A stretch of DNA of 64,000 nucleotides, taken from IMG/VR virus record IMGVR_UViG_3300042465_005116, positions 32,001 to 96,000 of that record, one strand, 5' to 3'. This document shows, one piece after another, positions 45,751 to 55,196 of the stretch. The position numbers were made by a program, and so were the translations under genes. The notes beneath the pieces were generated by a model. That model saw nothing but the letters and a program-made list of their open reading frames with translations, was not told where the DNA came from and did not search any database. Source of the stretch: a virus (lineage: Duplodnaviria; Caudoviricetes). Numbering within the stretch: the first letter of the stretch is position 1; each line of letters starts with the position of its first letter.

Positions 45751-46139
45751 TCTCTTTTGAAGAATTTTCCCATTAAGTTCTCATTTAGGGATTTTTCATC
45801 TGCCAATACGTTGTTCGCAAATTGTTCTTGTAATTCGTAATATGTGAGGGCTTTCTTTGATTGACAAAATCGTAAGATTTCTTTGGTAATGGGTTCATTT
45901 GTCCATGTTTTAACAACATCATTTGATGAACAATAATCTTGCCATTTCATTTCTTTGACAACTTTACGATTTCGTTTATACCCCTTTAATGGGGCTAGAG
46001 TTCTATGTGAGTATAAACTTTTTTTACCAATATAATATTGGCCGGTTATATTGTGGGTTATTTTATAAATAAAACCAATTGTACCTTCGGGCATTTCAGA
46101 TATTTCTGATATAACCTTTTCTTTATATATCCAATTCAT
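45735..46139 (-). CDS. GIY-YIG-like nuclease domain protein
   Basis: GFIYKITHNITGQYYIGKK, YCSS, conserved Glu (YYELQEQ) and Asn (LNEN). Confidence 0.7.
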   Translation of the reverse strand: MNWIYKEKVISEISEMPEGTIGFIYKITHNITGQYYIGKKSLYSHRTLAPLKGYKRNRKVVKEMKWQDYCSSNDVVKTWTNEPITKEILRFCQSKKALTYYELQEQFANNVLADEKSLNENLMGKFFKRDLEIS

Positions 46140-46695
46140 AATTAAAATTTTGAAAATCGTCTTTGTATTTAGTTCTAACCCAATCTTTTACCCAATCTTC
46201 CCTATACAAAGATTTATAATATTTGTGTTGATTTAAAGTTGGGTGTCTTTCGTATATAGTGTTTTTATTAAGATGTGGTATTCTAGGAATAGGGTGACCC
46301 AATTTTTTAAATAGAAAATTTATATCGTTTGTGTAATTTTCATACCTGCCTATAAAACTAATATTTCTTTTATCAGTTCTATTATTATTTAAAAAAAATG
46401 TTTGAGGATAATATAAAAAATTATGTTCAAAAATGGTTTTAATAAAATTACCAAAGGTTTTATCACACCCCATTCGTACTTCATGATGATACCACGATGC
46501 TAATCTTGTAAATGGGTTTCTTACAAATGTAAAAATAAAATAATCTTCAATATTACCAAATGCCGATAAATCGTCATGAGTAGTTACAAATTCCGTTCCT
46601 TTAATTGTTAGTAGAATTTCACTAAGGGAATTCCCACCTGTTTTAGGTATATGAAGAAACGCCCACTTTTCGGAATGGTTTATTAATAACGCCAA
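46123..46695 (-). CDS. Sulfotransferase family 2 protein (TTG start)
   Basis: 5'-PSB FLHIPKTGGNSL, 3'-PB FVRNPFTRLASWY, IGRYEN, HLN. Confidence 0.85.
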   Translation of the reverse strand: MALLINHSEKWAFLHIPKTGGNSLSEILLTIKGTEFVTTHDDLSAFGNIEDYFIFTFVRNPFTRLASWYHHEVRMGCDKTFGNFIKTIFEHNFLYYPQTFFLNNNRTDKRNISFIGRYENYTNDINFLFKKLGHPIPRIPHLNKNTIYERHPTLNQHKYYKSLYREDWVKDWVRTKYKDDFQNFNYELDI

Positions 46696-46705
46696 ACGGA
46701 TTTAT

Positions 46706-46888
46706 TTAAGGTTTAACAGTTGTAGAATACTTTGTATCCTTTAATTTACCACCTCTAGATTTTGCAAGTTTTGCTTCATCTACATTTGCTTTGAAAGATT
46801 TATCTTCAGAAAGAGGTGTCTTATCTTTAGATTTATCTGCCAATTTAGCAAAATCAGAATTTTTATATAAGTCTAATATACTAGCCAT
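46706..46888 (-). CDS. Small hypothetical protein
   Basis: 60-aa ORF with its own upstream TATTTATA motif. Confidence 0.55.
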   Translation of the reverse strand: MASILDLYKNSDFAKLADKSKDKTPLSEDKSFKANVDEAKLAKSRGGKLKDTKYSTTVKP

Positions 46889-46915
46889 AATTATTTACCT
46901 TGTTTGTTATATGCT

Positions 46916-46923
46916 TATAAATA
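46916..46923 (-). promoter_or_regulatory. Candidate late promoter motif TATTTATA
   Basis: 28 nt upstream of ATG at 46888. Confidence 0.5.
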
Positions 46924-46926
46924 TCA

Positions 46927-48042
46927 TTAAGTATCAAAACGAACTAAAAAGTTAAGATTGTAATCCGGTAAGTTTTTTATTGGTTTTGGTAATTTGGCAA
47001 CAACTAATAGATTATCATCATCATCGTACAATCCAATTGTAGTGATGTAGGTTGTTAAATAAGAACCGGTCGGGTCAGTTGATACATTTGTATAATAATC
47101 CTCCCACGAACCACTAACTGAACCAATAGACCCGCTAAAAAACTCTCTACGTGATATATCTAATACTTCTTTTATTTTTCTAGTTCCTGCTGGGAATGAA
47201 TTGTTTACTCCTGTTATTTCAAAATCATATGAACCACTAACTAACACATTAACAGCGGATGGATTTTGTGAATAGTTGAACTCTCCACTATTAGCAGAAA
47301 TTAAAACCTCAGTTTCATATATTGTTTGAGTTGAACGATAATCTAATTGGTATTCATTAATTTCAATGTCATTAGTAAGGGTAATTAACCCATCGGTATA
47401 AAATATATTACCATGCGTTTTTAATTTTATATTAGTATTTTCAAAATTTAATTCTGCTGTAAAGTTTATTTTATTATTTTGAAAATCAATTGCAATTATA
47501 AAATACTCATCCGTATCTCCATTATAAATTAGAGTAGATGAGCCATCATTTAAATCCATTGATAGGACTTCAATATTATAAGTAGCAATACCATCAGTAA
47601 TAGTTAAATACCCAACTCCGTTATTGTCTAAATCAAGACTAACTAAAGTATAGGAATTACCAACTTCTCTAATAACACCATGTCCATCATCAACTAAATC
47701 TAATCCCCCTGCCGATAATACAACACTTTGTTTTTTTATCGCCTCACCAAATTTATTTCTATCAATTGGTATTATTTGAAATAAATTCGGTATTACTCTT
47801 TCTGATGTTAGTTCTGATAAATCGTTGGTTGCCCCAAATGTTGTAAATGCATTACCTTCATTCGAATAGTATTTACTTTTCAATGAATTATATAATGCGT
47901 GAACTAAATTTGCTTCATCTACAAACAAACCAGTTTTATTTTCTACCTTTATAATAGGATATTCACTTTCGCTGGTATTCCAAAGTTTGTATACATTGAA
48001 CGACCTATTTGAAATATTTGATTTGGGTATTGATTTAAACAT
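46927..48042 (-). CDS. Putative baseplate/tail structural protein
   Basis: C-terminal YITTIGLYDDDDNLLVVAKLPKPI paralogous to 48160..49377. Confidence 0.6.
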   Translation of the reverse strand: MFKSIPKSNISNRSFNVYKLWNTSESEYPIIKVENKTGLFVDEANLVHALYNSLKSKYYSNEGNAFTTFGATNDLSELTSERVIPNLFQIIPIDRNKFGEAIKKQSVVLSAGGLDLVDDGHGVIREVGNSYTLVSLDLDNNGVGYLTITDGIATYNIEVLSMDLNDGSSTLIYNGDTDEYFIIAIDFQNNKINFTAELNFENTNIKLKTHGNIFYTDGLITLTNDIEINEYQLDYRSTQTIYETEVLISANSGEFNYSQNPSAVNVLVSGSYDFEITGVNNSFPAGTRKIKEVLDISRREFFSGSIGSVSGSWEDYYTNVSTDPTGSYLTTYITTIGLYDDDDNLLVVAKLPKPIKNLPDYNLNFLVRFDT

Positions 48043-48059
48043 AGTGAATTCCTTACCTA

Positions 48060-48067
48060 TATAAGTA
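48060..48067 (-). promoter_or_regulatory. Candidate late promoter motif TACTTATA
   Basis: 18 nt upstream of ATG at 48042, just downstream of the terminator. Confidence 0.5.
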
Positions 48068-48074
48068 TTTTAAT

Positions 48075-48105
48075 AAACAAAAACCCAACTTTTTAGGGTT
48101 GGGTT
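48075..48105 (-). terminator. Rho-independent terminator
   Basis: Minus strand AACCCAAC-CCTAAAAA-GTTGGGTT followed by TTTGTTT, downstream of 48160..49377. Confidence 0.8.
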
Positions 48106-48159
48106 CGTTAAATATGTTATTTGGTTTTTGTTCTACGATACTCCCAAATAATTTTTTAA

Positions 48160-49377
48160 TTAGAAATCTAATTTAACCGCTATTAAAACTTCCTTATCAA
48201 ACGATTTTGCAATCGGTTGTGAAGTTTTAGCAACTGCTAACATTTCGTTAGCATCGTTGTATAGACCAATTGTTGTAATATATGTTTTTGGGTCTCTTTC
48301 AAATGTTGATTCAACAAATGAACCATCAGATGAACCACTTGTAAATGTTGGGTTATTTGAGAAGTTAAATTCTCTATTTGTTGCTCTTACAAAGTAATGA
48401 GAGGTTGAAACGTTTTCAGTTCTTCTTGCTTCAAAATCTGCTCCACCCTTAATTGCATTGTACAATAAGAATTGATTTTTACCTTCGTATTCAACACCAC
48501 TATAAATTGATTTTCCACTAACTGAACCACTATCTATTGATGAACCTATTTTTGAATGAATTGCTGTAGGGTTTAATACAATAAGGCCTTGGTCTGGATA
48601 AAATAATCCAAATCCCCTACCATTTGTATCATATCTACCATCAATACTTGCTTCAGCATCTTGTCCTAAATTTAAAGAACCAGATACAACATAAAATAAT
48701 CTACCTGCTTTACCGACAGTATCAGAGAATTTTTTACCACTATCATCAATAAATGTAGTTATACCATTTGAACCACTTAGGGATAATTCCCAATTACCAG
48801 CATCCATTGTTTCTTTATATCTAGCTCTTGCTACGTTAATAACATAGATATCGCTAGAGTCATGTAAACCTTCACCCGATGCTGAATCAAATGTGAAAAA
48901 TTCGTCCGTTTGGTCTAATAAAATAGAACGATATTGTGCATATGTTGCTTTTGTTGCTAAGGTTGAATCATCATCATTGTTTAATGAGATTGAACCACTT
49001 GCATATTTGTGTCCATATGCTATTGCAAATTGAATATCGGATGAACCAGATTGATATACATCTAAATAATAGTTTGAACTTGCTGCTACCGCTTGAGTTG
49101 AAGATGTTGCATAATAATTTAAACTTCCTACATCACCACTCCAAAGTCCAGTCGTTACAACTTCTACTTTACCTGTAATTTGGTCGAATTCGCCAAATCT
49201 TTTGTAAATGCCAGTTGTAATTGAACCACCTTGTGCAGCTAATTTATCACCACCTGTCACATATTGGTTTATAAGATTTGATAATTGCTCGGTAGTTATA
49301 TTTCCATTACTAGCTTGTAAATACGCTGCTAATTCTGATGTTAAGTTTACTCCTGCTTGTCCTGTAATTTGTGCCAT
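48160..49377 (-). CDS. Putative baseplate/tail structural protein
   Basis: Ser/Gly/Thr-rich; C-terminal YITTIGLYNDANEMLAVAKTSQPI. Confidence 0.6.
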   Translation of the reverse strand: MAQITGQAGVNLTSELAAYLQASNGNITTEQLSNLINQYVTGGDKLAAQGGSITTGIYKRFGEFDQITGKVEVVTTGLWSGDVGSLNYYATSSTQAVAASSNYYLDVYQSGSSDIQFAIAYGHKYASGSISLNNDDDSTLATKATYAQYRSILLDQTDEFFTFDSASGEGLHDSSDIYVINVARARYKETMDAGNWELSLSGSNGITTFIDDSGKKFSDTVGKAGRLFYVVSGSLNLGQDAEASIDGRYDTNGRGFGLFYPDQGLIVLNPTAIHSKIGSSIDSGSVSGKSIYSGVEYEGKNQFLLYNAIKGGADFEARRTENVSTSHYFVRATNREFNFSNNPTFTSGSSDGSFVESTFERDPKTYITTIGLYNDANEMLAVAKTSQPIAKSFDKEVLIAVKLDF

Positions 49378-49394
49378 ATTATTTTATTCTCCGT

Positions 49395-50018
49395 TTAAGC
49401 TATATAAGATACGGTCACAGGAATAGTTTGAGAACCACCTGTTTCGTTACCATATACTGTTATAGTTGTCTTAATAGTTTGTGTTGTATTTGGGTTAGGA
49501 ATGAATGAGAACGTTAATCCTCTTTCTACTGCTGCAGTTGTTGTGATTTCATCGCCTAAGAATACCGGTATTGTACCCGTACCTGCTGCGATACCACTAC
49601 CAACAATTGAACCTGCATTTTTATTTGCTAATACAATTGTATATCCTGACTGTCCGTTTCCACTTGGTGATGTTGTTGGAGTTAAAGATACTTGACCACT
49701 TCTTTGGTTTACTGAAATAGAAGGAACACCAAATTCCACTTTAGGAATTTTAGTTGTACCCTTTGGTAAAGTTACCAATTTGTATTTTAGAACTTGAGTT
49801 TCATCAGGAGATGCTTCAGTTACAGGAATCGCTCTGATTGCTGCATCATAATAAGCAGAACCCTTTGGGTGTGCTGGTTCATAAAGTGTGTAATCAATCT
49901 CATCATCACCTAATGCGAATTTAGTAATGTTAAGACCTTGCCCAGATGCTAATTTTTCTCTACCTTTCTTAGTAAGAATCGCATCGACTGTGATTTCGGA
50001 ATTATCTAAGTATGCCAT
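49395..50018 (-). CDS. Putative baseplate/tail structural protein
   Basis: N-terminal ILTKKGREKLASG..ITKFALGD resembles the N-terminus of phage tail-collar/fibre attachment domains. Confidence 0.55.
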   Translation of the reverse strand: MAYLDNSEITVDAILTKKGREKLASGQGLNITKFALGDDEIDYTLYEPAHPKGSAYYDAAIRAIPVTEASPDETQVLKYKLVTLPKGTTKIPKVEFGVPSISVNQRSGQVSLTPTTSPSGNGQSGYTIVLANKNAGSIVGSGIAAGTGTIPVFLGDEITTTAAVERGLTFSFIPNPNTTQTIKTTITVYGNETGGSQTIPVTVSYIA

Positions 50019-50048
50019 AATTTTTGTATTTTCTTTTTTACTTTCGTA

Positions 50049-50062
50049 TATAAATATAAGTA
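50049..50062 (-). promoter_or_regulatory. Two overlapping candidate late promoter motifs (TACTTATA and TATTTATA)
   Basis: 31 nt upstream of ATG at 50018. Confidence 0.55.
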
Positions 50063-50076
50063 TTTAATAATTTTCA

Positions 50077-53000
50077 TTAATCAACTACTAAAATTGGTTC
50101 TCCACTTCCTCTTCCTGTATCTGAAACTTTTAGTATATTCGGGTTAGTTGTGAATGTTTGAACCGGTGAACCACCTAAAATATTAGTTGTAGAGGTTTGT
50201 TTAGACCCATTAAAATAACTATTTTGTAATCCGGTTGATAAATCACCAGTATTTCTATAATGGGTTGAGAAATAACCATTTAACGGAGTTACCTCTACAA
50301 TATTACCACCAACTGTTGGAGTTGCACCATCCCAATCTAATATAGTAACTTTTGTTCTATAAAAAGTAGTCGAAACTAATTGTGTTCCCATACTTTTATC
50401 TAACGCGTTTATGTTTTCAGGTATATTTTTTGAATAACTTTCTTTTATTAAAAATACTTTATTTCTTTCTTTTATAAAATTACCCCAAACATCTCTATAT
50501 GTTCTAATTACATTTCCATTAGAACCAAACAATCCAAATCCGGCAACAGATAAAGAATTTTTATCTAATCCAACTTGAGTAAACTCAGTTTGGTCGTATT
50601 CACCTCGTATTGAACCTGTTATTTTAGCATCGATTGGTGCAAATATACCACCCATTGTTTTGGTTGAATCAGTTGTAATTGTTCCAAATACATTTGTAGT
50701 ACTAAATGTATCTACTTCTCCATTATAAGAATTATTTGTTGCAACTAAATTTAAATCCCCTTGTGTTTGAATTTTAACGGAATATTGTGGGTTTGTTACA
50801 TTTAAATCAATTGCATTAGATGTAGAAATAAACGCATTTATATTTTGGTATGATGCAAATTGATTTGTAGTTTCATTTGTATCAATAGTAACTTGATGTT
50901 GAATATTTACAGCACTTGGTCTATTCCATTTAACTTTACTTCTTTCTAAAATATGTGGCTCTATTAATAAACCAGATGAAACCTTTGCCCTTGCAGGAAC
51001 TAATGATTCTAATGTTTCAAAAAGTGATTTATCAATATATCTTACTAATTGAATATATTCGTGTGTATTTAAATCATATCTTTGGAAATAATAATTTCTT
51101 AAAGTAGTTAAATCTGAATATGAATCGTTATATTCATCTGCAGGATTACCAATATAATCATCTATATTAAATTCACCCAAAGAACGTAGAATATCCATAT
51201 TCACTTCTTTCATAGGTGAGAAAAATAATCCCAATCTATCCGTATCTATTGGTGCTTGGTCAAATGATTTTTTAGTTGCTCTACTTTTATAGTTTAAATC
51301 ACCTGATAGGGTTTGTGTTTCGAATCGAAATTTATTTCCTACCGTCAATCCACTTGAAGGAACTTTTGCCGTTACTGTTCTTTCATATGGTATGTATTGA
51401 TATGGGTATGTGGTAGTTGTACTAAATCCACTTGCAACCGCAGAACCCGTATATGTTTGTAATATTGCTACATTTTTAACATTATTTATTACACCTAAAT
51501 TTTTTGGATATTCAAAATCCAAACGGAATAATAAATCAACCGATGATGCAGAAATATGTGAACCATCAATTGCATCAGGTAATAAAGTATGGTTATCGAT
51601 ACGAGATTCTGATAATGGAGTTCTCCATAAACGGAATTCATCTAATGAACCAGTTAAACCCTCACCAACATATAATATAGAACCCGATTTCCAAGTAGTT
51701 GAACCGATTGGTAATGATAAAGTAGCATTTGCTTCATTTCTAATTCTTCCTTGAAATCCTTCTTTGAAATATAATTCAAAGACTTCGGTAGTAGACCCAG
51801 TTCTTCTATTTAAAACAATATTTGTATATGCATCATTGTAGAATGGTATATAATCAGTAGATACCGATTCTGTTACATTACTACCTGTAATTTTAAATTC
51901 TAATTTAGCAAGAGAACCCGTTCCTGGTACTAAATCTAATACCCATTTATCAGTTCTTAATAGGCTTTGAGTAACACTACTTTGTAAAGTATTAATACTA
52001 AACTCAATTGCGTTAGGAAAATCAGTTCCATTAGAATCTGAGTAATCTTTAAACGGAATTTGTAAGAATGAACCGGTTTCAAAATGTAAAGAACAGGTTC
52101 TATCATCAAATGTAAACGTTGTAGTTGCAGCAGTAGATGGGTCGTTCGGTCCACCATATTCCATTATTGTTAACATGGATGATGGAACACCATAACAAGC
52201 CATTGCCGCACTTAATGCCCTTTTTGTACCCTTATGTTTCAATAGGTATGGTAGGTTATTTAGTATTCGTCTCCATACTTGATGTTGACGAGATTTCCCA
52301 CTCATTGAAGATGAAGATGAACCATCTGCATTTTTACCAAACGCATATTCCCATAGGTATTGTGATTGAACTCCCATATCGGCGTTCCAACCTAATGATT
52401 CTAACATATGATATATTAAATCATTACCAATACCATCTTCGTATTTGTGTTCTAATTTTTTAGATTGTGCAATTCCTTTTGTATATGACCATAGGGTATC
52501 AAAGTGTTGACCCATCATATTTAAAAATAAAACAAACTCAGCATTTTCAGCATCGTTTGTAATATGTGCAGGAATATTATTTACTAATATATTTTTGTTG
52601 TTGTAATCATATTGTTGTGCATCATATATAATTCCATTATACCAATCGGTAACTGAAGAATCAGTAGATTGACTTACCAAATAACCACCTGCTCCTGGAT
52701 ATGTTAATGTACCATCCGAACCAGATGTTGTATATAAATATTTTTCAAATCCATCAAATCCGGCTTTAACTTTATTTTTACTTTGAACGTGTTTTTGTAA
52801 TTCTAATGATGATGTTACTGAACCCGATGTATACGATAAACTACTTGATACAAAATTTATTTTAGTATCATAAAATTCAATTAATTCTACTTTATATAAA
52901 AAGTTTTTAACTCTTTCTTCTGCTGATGAGTATTTTACAAAGTTAGACCACGCATAAGTTGAACCACTTTCATATTGAATATTTAAATTCTCCAATGAAA

Positions 53001-55152
53001 ATTCACTTGAACTTACATATGAGTTAATTAAATCAGTAGAGGTATTAGAACCGCTTGAAATTAAATCATCTAATATTTGATATCCAATTTCATCACCAAT
53101 TGTTACATTAAAATTTGGTTTTAATGGTGTACAATCACTTTTTAATTCATCAATAATAGTAACTTGTTCTATTATAGGAATCGATTGAATTTTAGATATC
53201 CATAATTGTTGATTAGGTTGTATCTCACGAGGAAGTGGTTCATACAACTTTAAAACTAATGATTTTTGTTCTTTAGTTTTTGTACGAGTTCCCGTTTCTG
53301 CATCAGTTTTATATTCAGAAAAAGTTTCAGTATCAACTCCCCACGTTGCAATTAATTTATTATCACCATCACCTAAGTGCAGATAGTGAGTTAAAAATTT
53401 AGAAATTTCTTCTTCTAATATTTTTTGGTCTAAGTTAATTTCAAACGCACTTCTAATATCTGCAATTACACTACCTCTTCGTAATTTTAAATCTCCCTTA
53501 TCAAATAAAATGGAAATTCTTTCAATCTTACCTTCGGTTAATTCATCACCTTCTGCGTTAAACGGAACTAATAAAATTTCAAATTGAACTTTATCAGTAT
53601 CTTCATTAAATTGATTTTGTGCTTTCTTTAAAACATCTTCTACATTTAATGTAATTAAACCAGAAGGTGATAGTTTACCAAGTGCATATTGTTTATCATA
53701 CTTTGAGACATACATCTCAATGTAGTTTGTATTAATTGATTGCCAACTAATATCAAAATCAACATTAAATCCTTTAAAATCCGCACCTTTAATATTCTGC
53801 GGATAATTAATATGTGTAATATCTGGTCCTGGTAAATAGTATTTATTAACTACATTAATTGTAATCTTTGTAGTTTGACCACTACCTGCTCTATCTGAAC
53901 GAGGTTGTAAATAAACTATGTAGTTACCAACACCATTATAAAAATCGTTTTTAGATAAAACAATTGAACCATTTGGGGATAGGGTACGCTGGGTAGAACC
54001 TAATGAATAGATAATCTCCGATGCGTTAACACTATTATATGGTATGTTTAAATTATTATTACCTGCTATATTAAATTCAAACGATATACCTTCAGTTCGT
54101 AATGTAGGTGCATCTGCTTGGGGTATATTATCATTTGATTTTTTAGAAACGGAAATATTAACTATTACATTGTCAATTCCTGGTTCTAATTTAAAATCTA
54201 ATCTATCATACTTAACACTATTTCCTTTTGTAATTACTTCGTATATAACTGAATGTGTTTGTGTAGATAATCCATTTGAAATAAAATCAATACAATACCC
54301 ACCTGAACTAGGTGAAAAATCAAATTCAGTTCTTCCAGATGTAACATTTCCAGTTATACCATTTGTTGCACGATATGATATTAAATCATTTTGATAAACA
54401 TCACCATTTATTTGTATCCTTGCAACTGCTTCAGGAAGTGGGTCAATTGGTATTGGAAATGATTTTAAATCAAATTTTAATGTAGTACTTAATACAGCAT
54501 CAGTTTCAGTACTTGCTTCTAATATATTTTGTTGAATAAAATTACCATCAATTAATTTTTCAACTATTAATTGATAATAAGTAAAGTATACTAAACTTTC
54601 ATATACCTTTGGTCTTTCTTCCCTTTTTCTAATTACTGCGTTTGGATTATTGGGGTCTTGTTCAAACGTATAACCAATCACATCATCAAATGGAATTTCT
54701 ACCGGTATTTGTTTTCTATTTTCCTTTTTTAAAGTATAAACTTTATAAACATCTGAAGATTCTAATCCTGATTTTTGAAGTGTTATTTGTTTAGGAGTAA
54801 GTAATTCTTTTTGATTAAAACTTAATTGAGTAGGTGTTGTTTTTACATTTTGTATTACACCATCTACCAATACTATTCCATCTTGTGGATTAGATTGTAT
54901 TCCTATTTCAACTACTAAATTTTGTGTATTGTATACGTTAGTTGGTGCATAGGAACACGAACCATCATTATATGTAGCAGATGCGTTATAATTACTAGCA
55001 CGCGGGTCAGTACAACCAAATATTGGCGAGGTTGGGTTTCCCCCTCCGCCTCCGCCACCTCCGCCACGATTATCATTGACGAAATCATTGACGTACGCAG
55101 CATCTTGATTGTTTGGGGTATTACCTCCCTCTTGTTTATTCATTTCTGCCAT
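50077..55152 (-). CDS. Large baseplate/tail protein with GCTD repeat, tail-protein-I-like segment and LamG-like domain
   Basis: GCTDPRASNYNASATYNDGSC; YLLKHKGTKRALSAAMACYG; LDEFRLWRTPL; located in the baseplate cluster. Confidence 0.6.
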   Translation of the reverse strand: MAEMNKQEGGNTPNNQDAAYVNDFVNDNRGGGGGGGGGNPTSPIFGCTDPRASNYNASATYNDGSCSYAPTNVYNTQNLVVEIGIQSNPQDGIVLVDGVIQNVKTTPTQLSFNQKELLTPKQITLQKSGLESSDVYKVYTLKKENRKQIPVEIPFDDVIGYTFEQDPNNPNAVIRKREERPKVYESLVYFTYYQLIVEKLIDGNFIQQNILEASTETDAVLSTTLKFDLKSFPIPIDPLPEAVARIQINGDVYQNDLISYRATNGITGNVTSGRTEFDFSPSSGGYCIDFISNGLSTQTHSVIYEVITKGNSVKYDRLDFKLEPGIDNVIVNISVSKKSNDNIPQADAPTLRTEGISFEFNIAGNNNLNIPYNSVNASEIIYSLGSTQRTLSPNGSIVLSKNDFYNGVGNYIVYLQPRSDRAGSGQTTKITINVVNKYYLPGPDITHINYPQNIKGADFKGFNVDFDISWQSINTNYIEMYVSKYDKQYALGKLSPSGLITLNVEDVLKKAQNQFNEDTDKVQFEILLVPFNAEGDELTEGKIERISILFDKGDLKLRRGSVIADIRSAFEINLDQKILEEEISKFLTHYLHLGDGDNKLIATWGVDTETFSEYKTDAETGTRTKTKEQKSLVLKLYEPLPREIQPNQQLWISKIQSIPIIEQVTIIDELKSDCTPLKPNFNVTIGDEIGYQILDDLISSGSNTSTDLINSYVSSSEFSLENLNIQYESGSTYAWSNFVKYSSAEERVKNFLYKVELIEFYDTKINFVSSSLSYTSGSVTSSLELQKHVQSKNKVKAGFDGFEKYLYTTSGSDGTLTYPGAGGYLVSQSTDSSVTDWYNGIIYDAQQYDYNNKNILVNNIPAHITNDAENAEFVLFLNMMGQHFDTLWSYTKGIAQSKKLEHKYEDGIGNDLIYHMLESLGWNADMGVQSQYLWEYAFGKNADGSSSSSMSGKSRQHQVWRRILNNLPYLLKHKGTKRALSAAMACYGVPSSMLTIMEYGGPNDPSTAATTTFTFDDRTCSLHFETGSFLQIPFKDYSDSNGTDFPNAIEFSINTLQSSVTQSLLRTDKWVLDLVPGTGSLAKLEFKITGSNVTESVSTDYIPFYNDAYTNIVLNRRTGSTTEVFELYFKEGFQGRIRNEANATLSLPIGSTTWKSGSILYVGEGLTGSLDEFRLWRTPLSESRIDNHTLLPDAIDGSHISASSVDLLFRLDFEYPKNLGVINNVKNVAILQTYTGSAVASGFSTTTTYPYQYIPYERTVTAKVPSSGLTVGNKFRFETQTLSGDLNYKSRATKKSFDQAPIDTDRLGLFFSPMKEVNMDILRSLGEFNIDDYIGNPADEYNDSYSDLTTLRNYYFQRYDLNTHEYIQLVRYIDKSLFETLESLVPARAKVSSGLLIEPHILERSKVKWNRPSAVNIQHQVTIDTNETTNQFASYQNINAFISTSNAIDLNVTNPQYSVKIQTQGDLNLVATNNSYNGEVDTFSTTNVFGTITTDSTKTMGGIFAPIDAKITGSIRGEYDQTEFTQVGLDKNSLSVAGFGLFGSNGNVIRTYRDVWGNFIKERNKVFLIKESYSKNIPENINALDKSMGTQLVSTTFYRTKVTILDWDGATPTVGGNIVEVTPLNGYFSTHYRNTGDLSTGLQNSYFNGSKQTSTTNILGGSPVQTFTTNPNILKVSDTGRGSGEPILVVD

Positions 55153-55172
55153 TTATCCTAATCCCTTATTTA

Positions 55173-55180
55173 TATAAGTA
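55173..55180 (-). promoter_or_regulatory. Candidate late promoter motif TACTTATA
   Basis: 21 nt upstream of ATG at 55152. Confidence 0.5.
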
Positions 55181-55196
55181 TCTTTTTATCTATTAC

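Noticed and set aside
45735-46139. Intron-encoded homing endonuclease
   Set aside because: Free-standing 134-aa GIY-YIG catalytic domain without an obvious DNA-binding extension; flanking genes are intact and no intron is evident
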